DNA of 63,649 bases, the filler included, from Reclinomonas americana ATCC 50394 (taxonomy: Eukaryota): the NCBI GenBank assembly GCA_048213135.1. It is 15 parts of 15 records of this genome, joined end to end, with 100 filler letters (N's around TTAATTAATTAA, not from the genome) between each part and the next. Parts side by side here need not be neighbours in the genome. Positions count along the whole stretch, not along the records: positions 37,098 to 41,701 come from AFZH01022477.1; positions 41,802 to 43,198 come from AFZH01022479.1; positions 43,299 to 44,993 come from AFZH01022481.1; positions 45,094 to 49,372 come from AFZH01022482.1; positions 49,473 to 57,233 come from AFZH01022484.1; 10 more parts are not named here. One strand, written 5' to 3'. The position numbers and the translations under genes are program-made. Below, piece after piece: positions 39,218 to 51,866 of the stretch. The notes beneath the pieces were generated by a model that searched no databases, had not been told where the DNA came from, and was given only the letters and a program-made list of their open reading frames with translations. The stretch's first letter is position 1. Every line of letters begins with the position of its first letter.

Positions 39218-42200
39218 TCAGTCTCCCAGCAAGGCACCACCCGCTCTCCACAACTTACGCAACTTGGCTGACGTCGCCGTCGGGCCCTTGGCATGCGCAC
39301 CGACCAGCGTCATGCGGTGGCCGGCAATCGGCGGCAGTAATGAGGAGGAGGTGGTCTCCGTGGGCGAGGTCACGGCCGACGCCTTGTCGCTGTGAAGCGG
39401 TGTCACGTCGAGGGAGTGCGCGTGCTTGTGGCGGACCAGGGTGCCGCTGCTGGCTCGTGAGGCGGCAATGCTGTCCATGCGGCGGGCGGAGGGGGAGATG
39501 GTTTCGGCGAGGGCGAGGCGCCGGATGCGCGAGAGGGCTGTGCAATAGGGACAAGGGGAAAGGGGGAAAGGGTGGTGAGCAAAGAGACAGGCAAAATGGA
39601 AACAAAAGTTACGACGAAGAAGGGAATGATTGAGCGAGAATCAGAAAAGAAACAAAAGAATAGAAGGCAATGAGAGACGATGAGAAGAGCAGCACAAACA
39701 AGAGACTTCGAAAGAGCGAGAGATATAACAAAAAAGAGAATCAAGAGTGCAAGGATCGTAACGACAATTAATAACAGCGAAGGACACTGCGATAGACAGA
39801 GACAGAAAGTCGAGTGAAATGAGATAGAGAGAAACAAGGACGCAGACCACACATGCGTATGCACACAAAGACTGAGACAGGAAGAGGAGGGGAGAGAGAG
39901 AAAGAATAGACACATCGAGAGCAGGAGAGTGAGAAGAAAAAAGAAATGCAACGATTGAGATTCAGAGAATGCCAAATGAATGGAAGACATCGAGACGCGA
40001 GGAGAAGAGCAACACGAACAAGAGACATCGAACGAAGGAGAGATAGAACAAAAGGAGAGTCAAGAGTGCAAATATTAAAACGACAACGAGTTACAGAGAA
40101 CGACATCGTGAGATATAGAGAGATAATCGCAGAGAAAGGGAGTGAAATGAGAGGCGAGCGTGGAAAAGAGAGAGAGAATAACCACACACTGAGTCAGGGA
40201 GCGAGAGAGAGAGAGAGAGAGAAGAATTCGTGCATGCGCGCGAGGGAATGGTGGGGTGGAAGAGAGATAGGCACTCAATCCTCTTTCCCACACAACTTCC
40301 AGTCCCACTGCGAGTGTGCACGAGGGTAGGGAACACAGAAACGCAGAGAGCACATTCTCTCAATCGACCTTTTTCTCTGCATCTAATTGCACTCTTTTCG
40401 CATCAACAACAACAAGCACAGAGAGAGAGGAAGACACAAAAGAGAGAGAATGAAAGAGAGTCGGAAAGGGACTGAAAGATGCAATTGGACACACGCTGAA
40501 GTTGGGCGGGGTCAATTGACATTGCCAAGTTGCAGACAACACGCATAAGCACGTAGAATAAAAGGCAGGCAGAAAGGTCACGTGGGAGAGCGAGAGAACT
40601 TGCAAGGAAGAGAGAGATGGCCAAAGCGCCCTCTCCCCCTTTCCCTCTCTATCCCTTCCCCCTTCCCACCTCTACCCCTTTCCCTCCATTCCCTTTCCCG
40701 ACGACGCACCTTCCTCCGCCGGCAACACCACCACCGGCTCGCCCACCGCCACCTGCGCCTGAATCACCTTGCGCGCCTTGCCCGCCGAAAACGCCTCGTC
40801 GCTCTTGCGCATGTACTGCTGCTGCTGCTGCTGCTGCTGATACAAGTGCTCACTCTCCATGCGCTTCCGCCGCCGAATCATGTCGGCCGACTGGCCGCCC
40901 GAGCGACGAATGATGGGGAGCGTGGAGGCGGGTGGCGGCGGCGGCGGTGCCTCTGCGGTCGTGGTGGTGGTGGTGGTCGTCGTAGTAGTCGTCGTGGTGG
41001 AGACCACGACCGACCGACTCGCGCTTCCCACCTCGCTACCGCTGCCACTGCCGGCTGGCGATCGCCGCATGGCCAGTGCGCGCTCCATGGTGGCGGCGGA
41101 AAAGGAGGCCGGGTAGGGGATGGCGGTGGTCGACTGCGAGCGAACCATGGGCGAGGCCTCGAGCACCTCGGCCACCACCGGAATGTCCTCGAGCGGCGTG
41201 TTGACCACGGGTGGCGAGGGCGGGTGGTGGCGCGGCTGCACCGAGGGGCGCACGCGGGCCCAGGGGGCGGAGGGTCGTGGGCCAATGGCGCCCACATCCG
41301 TGTCATCTGCCAGGGGTGGCGCTTCTGCTTCCGGTTGAGGTAGCAGTGGTGGTGGTGGTGGTATGGCGAGGTCGCCAGTGCCGTCGAACGTCTCGTCGGG
41401 GTCGAGGGTGAGCACGTCCATCGCCACTTCGTCGACGTCGGGGGGCAGGGAGGGGACGGTGCTGATGCCGTTCTAAAAGGGAGAAGAGGGAAAGGAAGGG
41501 AAGGGAAGGGTGAGGGGCAAGGGAGAAGGGGGACACGAGGGGAACACAAGGGGAACACAAGGGAAACACAACGGGAACACAAGGGGAACACAAGGGGGAA
41601 CACAAGGGGAACACAAGGGAAACACAACGGGAACACAAGGGGAACACAAGGGGGAACACAAGGGGAACACAACGGGAACACAACGGGAACACAACGGGAA
41701 CNNNNNNNNNNNNNNNNNNNNNNNNNNNNNNNNNNNNNNNNNNNNTTAATTAATTAANNNNNNNNNNNNNNNNNNNNNNNNNNNNNNNNNNNNNNNNNNN
41801 NGAGGAAGCGACAGCGAGGAAGCGACAGCGAGGAAGCGACAGCGAGGAAGCGACAGCGACGGAGAGCGACAGCGAGGAAGCGACAGCGACGGAGAGCGAC
41901 AGCGAGGAAGCGACAGCGACGGAGAGCGACAGCGAGGAAGCGACAGTGAGAAGCGATAGCGAGAAGCGATAGCGGAAAGCGAGAGCGGGAAGATAACGTC
42001 GCCATCTGTCTCCATCCCAGTCTCATTCTCCCTTGCCTCAAAAGACTCACCACCGCGAGACGCCATCAAAGCTTGAGGAGTCGAGCACCGAGGTCCCCAG
42101 GCTGGCCATCTTGAAGCCCGACAGCTTCACGGTGCCGTCGCGGTTGATGAGGATGTTTTCTGGTCGCAAGCCGCAGTGGATTACGTTGCGCTTGTGCATG

Positions 42201-43144
42201 TGCTCGAGGCCGAGAAGGATTTGTCGCCTGCGAGGGGAGGACGGGAGAGGTGAGTGGAGTGGAGAGAGATAACGGAGAGAAAAGGGAGAGAGAGAAGGGC
42301 GAGAGAAGGGTGAGAGAGTCGCTTTCCCGGTGCCCCTATTCGATCACCCATGAATGCCCTCTCCCTCTTTGCTCGCGCTTCCAGACCTCTCTCGCACGAT
42401 AGTGCCCACGGCACTCTTCCTCTCTCTCTCTCTCATCCCTGCTTCTGCTTCCTCGCTCACTCCTCCCCTCGAATTCGCTGTGTGGCATTCTTTGTCGGCG
42501 CTTTCTGCGCTCTCTAACGCGATAGTGTCCACGGCACTCACTCTGCCCCTCGTACCCGTCTGTGACTACCTCCGCACTCTGTGTTCGCGCTCCTAGTCCT
42601 CTCCTGCACGATAGTGCCCACGTCATTCTTATCATTCTCTCTCTCTCTCCCTTTCCTTCTTCTACTTTATTTTTCTCTCACTCTTCCCCTCGTATCCGTC
42701 TGTGATCGCCCCCGCACTCTGTGTTTGCGCATTCTGACCTCTTTTGCACGACAGTGCTCACGGCACACTTTTTCTTCTCACTCACTTCCCTTCTTCTTTT
42801 ATCTTCCCCTCGAATTCGTCTGTGATTGCCCCTCACTCTTTGTTCTCGTTTTCTGACCTCTCTGGCGAAAAAATAATGCCGACGGCACTTAGTCTTCCCC
42901 TCGTACCTCACTCTTTGCTTTAGCGCTCTCTGACCTCTCCTGTACTACTCATCCTTTCCCCTCCTCGCCCCACACGCAACATAATGTGCCGTATTTCGGG
43001 CTCGGGCAGCGGCACCGAGCGGTTGTTGACGGCGCGCTCGAGCAAGTCCTGCTCGACGAACTCAAACACGAGGTACACGACACCGTTTTGGCGGGCGACG
43101 CGGGAGAGTTTCTGGATGTTGGGGTGTTGGAGCCACTTGAGGAC
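39218..43144 (-). CDS. CMGC/CDKL-like protein kinase, probable pseudokinase, with a long low-complexity C-terminus (partial)
   Basis: Exon 43144-42981 VLKWLQHPNIQKL...YLVFEFVEQDLLE splices to exon ~42227-42051 RQILLGLEHMHKRNVIHCGLRPENILI...VKLSGFK...SRW. The downstream exons ~41470-40700 and ~39535-39218 are assigned by strand and position only. Confidence 0.7.
41537..41960. repeat. Intronic minisatellites flanking a spacer (11-bp ggggaacacaa; 14-bp gaggaagcgacagc)
   Basis: Seen directly in the sequence. Confidence 0.9.
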
Positions 43145-44272
43145 CTGACAAGGGAATAGGGAATAGAGAGGTGTGAGAGGGTGAGGGGGAAGAGGGGANN
43201 NNNNNNNNNNNNNNNNNNNNNNNNNNNNNNNNNNNNNNNNNNTTAATTAATTAANNNNNNNNNNNNNNNNNNNNNNNNNNNNNNNNNNNNNNNNNNNNGT
43301 GAGCATGAGGGAAGGGAGAAAGAGGAGAAGAGAAAGAGAGAGAGAGAGAGAGATTGCAATAGGCGATCATCAGTCCTGACTACTTGCACGGGAGTGTGAG
43401 AATGAGGGAAAGGACTCTGGAGCAAGAGCACGAGAAGGAGATACAGATGATATGATTCAGGGACGTGTTCCTCAACAGAGAAAGCAGGAGAGAGACAAGG
43501 AGAAAACATGCACAAAAGCACACAAAGATTCTGACACAAGAGAGGGAGAGGGAGAGAGAGAGAGAGAGAGAGAACTCATTCGAAAGTGGTGTTCTCTGAC
43601 GTCCATCCATTCTTACTACGCTCTACACTGCTTCGTTCTTGTCTGTCGCACACCCGTTGTCATGCTCTCTCTTCCTCACACACAGTCCCATCATTGTGTA
43701 TGCCTCTCGCACCGCAGCTCTCTTCTCTCACTGTCGACCAAACGAAATGAATGACTCATGCGCTCCTTCGCACTCTCGTCTTTCTGTTCCTCTTCACTCT
43801 CGACTCATTCCCTGTCACAAACAACTCGCCAAACGAAACTTATGCATCTTGTGCTCCTTCGCACTCTTTCTATCCTCTTCCATTCCCCCAAAACTGTCAC
43901 AAAGAACTCGTGATTCTTACAGTCCCTCCCACCAGCTGCAACTCGCAGATCTCAAACTCCCTTCTCTCTCTCTCTCTCCTATCATTCACGACTCTCACAG
44001 TCCCTCCCATCCTTTCCTACGAACTGGAACTCGCGAATCTCAAACTCTTATTCTCTCCTATCGTTTTCATCTCTCTCATCATCAGCATCCTCTCAGTCCA
44101 CCCTGTCAAAATGCAACCGCACCTCCTCACTCTCTCATCACTTTCCTGGCATCTTGCTCCACTGCAACCCCCTCACTGTCCTCCGTCTCTTTCCCTTTCC
44201 CTTCCCCTTCCCCTTCCCCCTCTCCCTCCCCCTTCCCCTCTCCCTTCCCCTTCTCCAGCCCCGCTCTACTCA

Positions 44273-47200
44273 CTTGCGACTCTGCCTCTCCTGCTCGCTC
44301 AACACGCGCCGCTGCTGGGCCTTCTCCGCCGACGCCGCCGGCACACCCTCCCAAGTTTCGACTGCAAAAAATAAAGTGAGCCATCCCACCACGAAACCCT
44401 CCTTCTTCTTTTTCCGACTCACCATTTCCCGCATACTGAGCCGAGGCGGGCAGAGAGCCCAAATTGGCCGGCTTCCGCACGGCGCCCCAGTGAGTCTTGA
44501 CAGTGTACGTCGCCCCACGACCCAATCGAATGTTCTCCTCAATCTCCTTTCGGCGCCTCTCCTCCTTCCTGGCTCGCAGCATTGCCATCTTGGCCTGCTT
44601 CTTCACCTTCTTCTCCTTCTTCCTCTCATGCTTCCTCCTGTTCTTCCGCGACACGGTCGAGCCCTCCGCTTGGCCAGCAGTGCCCTGCTCCTCCTCAGAC
44701 TCAGAATCAGACTCCGAGTCAGAGTCGGACTCGTCAGAGCTGCTGGTCGTGGCCAGCAGCAACGCCAGCGCCACTCTCTTCTTCTCGGCAGCCTCCTCAT
44801 CCTCATCCTCATCCTCCTCCTCCTCCGTCTCGTCAGCCTTCGCCTTCTTCTTCTTCTTGTCCTTCTTCTTCTCGGCCGGCTCCTCGTGCACCTCCTCCTC
44901 TGTCGCCTCCGCCTCGTCAGCACTGCTGTGCTTCGCCTTCTTCTTCTTCTTGTCCTTCTTCTTCTCGGCCGGCTCCTCGTGCACCTCCTCCTCNNNNNNN
45001 NNNNNNNNNNNNNNNNNNNNNNNNNNNNNNNNNNNNNTTAATTAATTAANNNNNNNNNNNNNNNNNNNNNNNNNNNNNNNNNNNNNNNNNNNNTGTCGCC
45101 GCCTCCTCGTCAGCACTGCTGTGCTTCGCCTTCTTCTTCTTGTCCTTCTTCTTCTTCTCGGCCGGCTCCTCCTCCGTCGCCTCCACCGCCTCATCTTCAA
45201 CACTGCTGTCCTTCGCCGCCTTCTTCTTCTTGTTCTTCCTCTTCTTCTTCTTCGTCTCGCCAGCCTCTTCCTCCTCGTCCTCGTCCTCCTCCCCGTCGAC
45301 CTTCATCTTGCTGTCGGCCAACTCCTCCACACGCCACTTGGAGGCCGCCGACTTGGACGATCGTGCGGGCGCATTGTGTCCCGCCGCCGTCTGGCCGTCA
45401 AACTCGAACCAGAGACCCATGGGACGCGCCACCTGGGCCACAGAGGCCAACGCACCCGCGTCCTCCTCCTCCTCCTCCTCGTCACTGGAGCCATCCACAC
45501 TCATCTTGCCAGCGGCCTTGCTCTTCTTGTTCTTTCTCTTCTTCTTCTTCTTCTTCTCCATCGCCTCGTCATCATCGTGGCTGTCGTCACCGTCGCCTTC
45601 GTCATCGCTGTCTTCATCGTCGTCCGACGACGAATCCGCCTACACGACACACAAGTCAGCATTCTCTCCCCACAACTGTAGCAACGCGAGCTCTCTCGTC
45701 ACTCACCACACGAGGAGCCGGCTTGCGGGAAACCACCGCCTGACGCCCATTCGAACCCGAAGAAGAGGAGGTCGTGGTGGTGGTGGTGGTAGTGCTGCTG
45801 CTGCTGCTCCCCTTGCTTGCCGCATTCCGTTCATGCGCATCCACCATCTCCTCCTTCGGCACATTGCGCACGTAAAAGAGAATGTAGGCCTTTTGGCTGA
45901 GAGCCGTGGACTGCTTGACTTGCGACACACTCGAGTCGTCCATGCAGTACCACAAGCCGTTGTTCTTGACGTACGAGATGTAGTGGCCGCCGTGCAGCGA
46001 GTGACCCAAGTGCACCAGGACGCCGTACAGCGTGTACGTCGGACCGCTCTGTCATGCACACAACAACAACGGTGAGCGCTCCTCCCTCACCCTCTCACTC
46101 TGGTGGTAGGTAATACACGCACCTCCTGCGGCTCACTGAGGTACGGACCCAGATTGAGCGTCTCCGAGTAGTCCACCTGCTTGCCGATCTTGGCGCCACC
46201 GCCGAGGAAGGAACCGAAGCCGAACCGCTTCAGGTGCACGCACAACACATTGGGGTACGTGTCGATTGACATGCGCTTGTCGGCGTCGCGCGGCTTCTTG
46301 CACCGCGGGCACCGGTACTTGTTGTCGCCCTGCAGATCCTCGGGCGTCGTGAACGCACGCAGAGCGCGCTCCACCGACGATGCCCGATCAATCTCCAACG
46401 ACACATCCATCGACGGATCAAAAGTGTCGCTGGTGTACTGACACGTGTGGCATTGCACGCGAGAGCGGAAGCGGAAACCAAAAAGGCGCTCCACCACCGT
46501 GGTGCGCGCCACCTCCGGGTCGACCTTGCCGCGGAATCCACGCAGACACGCGTCTTGCATCTTGTCAATGAGACTGCGCAGGAATTCGTGCGAGTCCTCC
46601 TGTCGGCCGGAGCGGAACGTGCGGCAAATGGCTCGCAAGTTGAAGGCGAACTGCGTCGGCTTCACCACCTGCGACTCGCCAATGCGCGTAAACAGCGTCT
46701 CCAGCGACAGCATCGGATCGAACACCGCCTGCGCCAGTGCCGAGGCCGACGGCGCCGACTTGTCCTTGCCAATGCGCGCCACCGACGTGGGCAGGATCGG
46801 CATGCCGCCCGGTCCCAGTGCACGCGAGTACTCGTGCGAACGCAGGTAGGCGACCAGTGGCGGCGTGTACAGCAAGCACTGCAGCGCCGAGTTCATGAAG
46901 CACGTGTTGCCGAGGTTGGAGAGGCCGCCGCCCACGCGGCGCACCGTCTTGTCGCCCATGAGCTCCACCAGGAAGCGCGCGTTAGGGAACAGGTCAATCA
47001 TCGGTCGGCGACCGCCAGTTCCAGCTCCAGCAGCAGCCACGACGGCGGCCGAGTTGGAGCGCGAGGCGACGGGTACTTGCGCGTCGAGGGAGGTCGAGGC
47101 GCCGGTGGAGATGACGCGGACGCGGGCGTTGGATTTCAGCGCGCGCTCCACGGCCTCCGAGCCGCTGATGATCCCGCCCTATGGAAGGGGAGCAAAGGGA

Positions 47201-48828
47201 AAGGGGGAAATAAAGGCAAAGGGGTGGTGAGGGAATAATAGGGGGAAGGGGGAAGGGGGAAAGGGGGAGAGTGAGAGAGGGTGAGAGTGAGAGAGGGGAG
47301 AGTGAGAAGGGGGAGAGTGAACGAGGGGAGAGCGAGAGGAGGAGAGTGAATGAGGGGAGAGTGAAAGAGGGGAGAGTGAACGAGGGGAGAGTGAGAGAGG
47401 GAGGGGAGAGAGGGGAGAGTGAGAAGGGTAGAGTTAGAGAGGGGGAGTGAGAGGGGGAGAGTGAGAGAGGGGAGAGTGAGAAGGGAGAGAGTGAAAGAGG
47501 AGGAGAGCGAGAGGGGGAGAGCGGAGCGAGAGAGGGGAGAATGAGAGAGGGGAGAGCGAGTGGGGGAGAGCGAGAGGGGAGCGAGAGGGAGTGCGAGAGG
47601 GAGAGCGAAAGGGGTAAGGGAAGAGGGAAGAGTGAACGCCAGGAGAGTGAACGAGGAGAGAGTGAACGACAGAAGAGTGAACGAGGGGAGTGCGAGAGGG
47701 GAGAGTGAGAGGGGAGAGCGAGAGGGGGAGAGCGAGAGGGGAGAGTGAACGACAGGAGAGCGAACGAGGAGAGAGTGAACGACAGAAGAGTGAACGAGGG
47801 GAGAGTGAGAAGGAGAGGAGAATATGCTGCATTGCTTCCACTCTGAGAGTGCGGCAGGGAATGCAGCACAACGCGACAACAAGATGGATGCGTGAGACGT
47901 GGTTGAGAGGAAGAATGCGCAACAGGGGGCTGTCGAGAGACGACAAGAGGAGTACACGAAGAACAGCGCAGAGCGACACGAAGAACAAGAGAGGAGCTGC
48001 AAATGGAAGCCAATCACCAAGAAAACTCAACTGATCGAAACTCAATCCTCCGCGGCAACACCGTGCTCGCCTGCCGCAACGCCTGATCAATCGCCGCACT
48101 CTGCTTCCTCGACTCACGCACTGCATTGCAAAGAAGCAAGTGAGCGCGCGTCTGTGTGCGCGTTGGTGCACATTCACATCACGCACCAACACAAACCAAA
48201 AAACACAAAGAAAGGAGAGGAAGACGCAGAACGCGCAGACACGCGCACACAACGCGTGAAGAGTGCGCGCGAGAGAGCGAGCACGCGGATGCAAAAGAGC
48301 AAGAAACAAAGGCGTATGAAAGTGTCTGCGGGCAGGCAACGCGGACATGCACTCACAGAGAGAGACAGAGGGGGGAAGGGAGCGAGAGCAATGAATGCGT
48401 GCAAGTGCGAGAGAGAGCACGAAAACACAAGAAATCATGCATGCATGAAAAAGTCGCTTCACAACGCGTCTGCAGCTCTCACACGAGCAAGACGCAGACA
48501 TGCATAGACACAGCAGCACGCGCGCCTCTTGTGTGCGTGACAGAGAAAGAAAGGGGAACACACACACGAGCGAGCGCACGCAACTCTGCTCATCCTCATC
48601 CACATCCTCCTCACTGCTATTGCCATCATCCACCAGCATGCCCGTCACCTGTACCGCAGCCTTCTTCTTCTTCTGTGTCTTCTGCGTCTTCTTCATGGCT
48701 TGCTCCTGGCGGGCGACTTTGACGGCGTTGAGCATCTCCAAATCCGACACGCGCCGCTGCTCGTCTTCTTCGGAGACGCTCGTGTGGCCTTCATGTTTTT
48801 GATGGTGGTGTTTCTTGTGCTTGTGCAT
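44273..48828 (-). CDS. USP36: USP36/USP42 (plant UBP23)-like ubiquitin-specific protease (multi-exon, 3' end unresolved)
   Basis: Cys box GLSNLGNTCFMNSALQCL, QEDSHEFL, His box GHSLHGGHYISYV...MDDSSV...AYILFY. It has an N-terminal RRIEF exon (~48020-48085), a long K/E-rich C-terminus and a spliced YAGN|VETWEG motif. Confidence 0.85.
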
Positions 48829-49262
48829 GTGCGTGGGTTGCGCGTGCGTGCGCATGGTGAGCGAAGTGAAACTAGGGATTTGGTTGGTTGGAATGGCGAG
48901 TTGAAGTGACGTGAAAGTGGGTTCGTGTCGTGCTTCGTGAGGCCTACTGCGTGCAGCTGATGTACGCGAACAACGAAGAGATGAGAAGAGAAGAGGAGAG
49001 AGCTTGCAAATACGCACAGTTTGTCGGATTTTCGAATTGAAGTGAGTCGAAAGTGCTCCTGAAGGAGGCGTGGTCTTGCTTCGTGTGACATGCTGTATGC
49101 AGCTCATGTGCGCGGACAATGTAGAGAAGAGAGAGAGAGAGCGCGCGCATGCACGCAACGTTGCTCTTGTCAGATTTCGAATTGAAGTGAGTCGAGAGTG
49201 CTCATGAGGTCGCGGTCTTGCTTCGTGGCCTGCTGTATGCAGCTCATGTGCGCGGACAATGT

Positions 49263-49307
<45 letters not shown>

Positions 49308-49599
49308 TGAGAGAGCATGAAAGCATACTCACAACTTGTCAGATTTGTCGAGTTGAAGTGACTCGAAAGTGGNNNNNNNNNNNNNNNNNNNNNNNNNNNN
49401 NNNNNNNNNNNNNNNNTTAATTAATTAANNNNNNNNNNNNNNNNNNNNNNNNNNNNNNNNNNNNNNNNNNNNGTCGCTTCTCGTCGCTTCTCGCCGTTTC
49501 CTCGTCACTCTCTGTGCCTGTGAGAAAGAGTGAGCTTACTTTGTTTCATTACTACACTTGTAACTCGTCCCGCAGTGTACGTCGCATGCTGCATCTGCT

Positions 49600-49638
<39 letters not shown>

Positions 49639-49939
49639 TCTTTCACTTAACCTCCACTCCCCCACCCTCACCCTTCCCCTCCCTCCACCTTCGCGCACGT
49701 CTCCCTTGCGCTTGAATCTGCCAACAATCAGTTCTCCTTACCTTGTCCTGCCTCCCTCTCTTTCCCTTCCCCTCCACTCCCCACCCTCACCCTTCCCCCT
49801 CCCTCCACCTTCGCGCACGTCTCCCTTGCGCTTGAATCTGCCAACACTCAGTTCTGCTTACCTTGTGCTCCGTCCCTCTCTTTCCTTCCCCTTCCCTCAC
49901 CCTTCCCCTCCCTCTCCACCTACCCGCAGGCCACACATC

Positions 49940-50918
49940 ATGTTCCTCGCACGCCTGTCTCAGCGCATCGGGATGACCCCCGCCACTCTCGTGGTCTCCA
50001 AGTGGGCACCACTGGCCGCCACCTCGTCGGCCTCGATGTCGGTGCGGACGTTTGCTTCGTCGGCGGAGCAGCAGCAGCCGGCCAAGGAGTGGGAGGATTT
50101 GGACTTTTTGGATCGCATTGCGTACCGTGTGGCGCGCTATTACCAGGGCGCTGCTGGATACCACAAGTATGGTGCGAGAAAGGGAGAAGGGAGGAAGGGG
50201 ACAGGGAAGAAGGGAGGTCCCTCTCGCGTTCTCTGCTGTGTCTCATGCTGTCTGTGTGCTCTGATCCACACTCACTCCCCTCTCTCCCGTTCTGAGTATC
50301 TTCACTCTTGTTCCCTCTCTTGCATATCTTGCGTTCAGTCTCACTCACTCTCTCCCTCTCTCTCCAGCGTTTGATGCTCACGGGTTCCGTCTCTGTTTCT
50401 CGCGCTCTCTGTTTGCTCCTCCTTTCTCTCTTCTCTCTCTCACGCACACTCTCCTCTGTCTCCGTCTCCGTCTCCTTTGTTCCTTCCCCCCTCCTCACCC
50501 CGTCCCCCTCCCTTTCCCTCTCTTCACAGGCCTGAAGAAGGAGGACATTCTCATCGAGTCACCGGAGGTCAACGAGGCACTCTCAAGGTCCGCCCCATCC
50601 ACCCTTTCTCATCACATCCACATCTCTCACTTCTCTCCCCCTCCCCTCGCGACACACACAGGCTGCCAAAGGAGGTGCAGGCGGAGCGCAAGTGGCGCTT
50701 CAAGCGCGCCATTGATGCCAGCTGCCACAACGACTACCTGCCGAAGGAGCTGTGGGATCTCAACGAGTCGAACAAGGTGAGATACGCGCGCGAGGAAGGG
50801 AGGATGTCGGCCGTCCAGCACGTCTCTCACACATCCGGTGGTCTCCGTGCAGACATACCTGAAGGACACCCTTGAGAAGGTCATCAAGGAGAAGAAGGAG
50901 CGCACTGATTTCGTTTGA
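49940..50918 (+). CDS. QCR7: Cytochrome bc1 complex subunit 7 (exons 49940-50171, 50530-50587, 50662-50776, 50853-50918)
   Basis: Spliced product YYQGAAGYHKYG|LKKEDILIESPEVNEALSR|LPKEVQAERKWRFKRAIDASCHNDYLPKELW...|TYLKDTLEKVIKEKKER matches the UQCRB/QCR7 family pattern. Confidence 0.9.
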
Positions 50919-51401
50919 GTCGTCTGCATCGCTCGTCTCGACTAATCCGCGGTCCCATCGCATCTGCACACTCGCCCCTCCGTGATCGGAGAGTACCATC
51001 ACACAATGGCGAGTGTGTAGGTGTGGCGGTGACTGTGGGGTTGGTTGGAGGAGCAGTGGTCGATCGGCTTTTGCGAGACTCAAGTGAATTCTGTGTCTTT
51101 GCGCGAACCGAAGTGGATGGTGGTGGACGGGCAAACAGTGTCAAGGGATCGCGAGCATGTGGTGCTCAGCATCATGTTCAGCAGGGAACACGCATTCTCT
51201 TGCTTCATCCTGTTGCAATGGGGCAGGTGTCCCTCTGCAGCCTGCATTGTTTGTCTGATGCAGCAGGTTTCAGTCGTTCCTGTTCGCTCCGTTTCAGATC
51301 CCTCGCGTCATCTCCGTTGTTGTAGAACACTGCATTCTTGTCGCTCTGCAGCGCTAGCGAGAACATCCATTTACCTTCCTTGTAAGATCTCTCTCTTCTT
51401 C

Positions 51402-51474
<73 letters not shown>

Positions 51475-51866
51475 GTCTCCGCTTCCAGTCGCTCTGCACC
51501 CTCCTCGTTTTTACAGATTGTTGTGATGCAGCAGCTGCACTGCTGCCGATGTGTAGCGATGTCGACATGAGCTGAAACAGCTTGTTTTGTTCTTTGCCCG
51601 TGTGCATCGGGTCAGTTCCTCGACACATTCTACTTTTTTCGGATCATGAACTGTCTGTTGCCGCCCTTCACCGAGAGCACGTTTCTCGTGCACATCCTAC
51701 CTACCGTGCTCGCCGCCATCACTTTATTGTTCACCAGGACTATGGGGCACTTGCAGTCGCACCCTACACACACCACTGCTTTCGATTGCCGTCTTCACTT
51801 CACTTATTCCTACCCTTCCCCCTTTTCTCCCCCTTTTCTCTTCCTTTGCACCTTTTGCCCCTTCCC

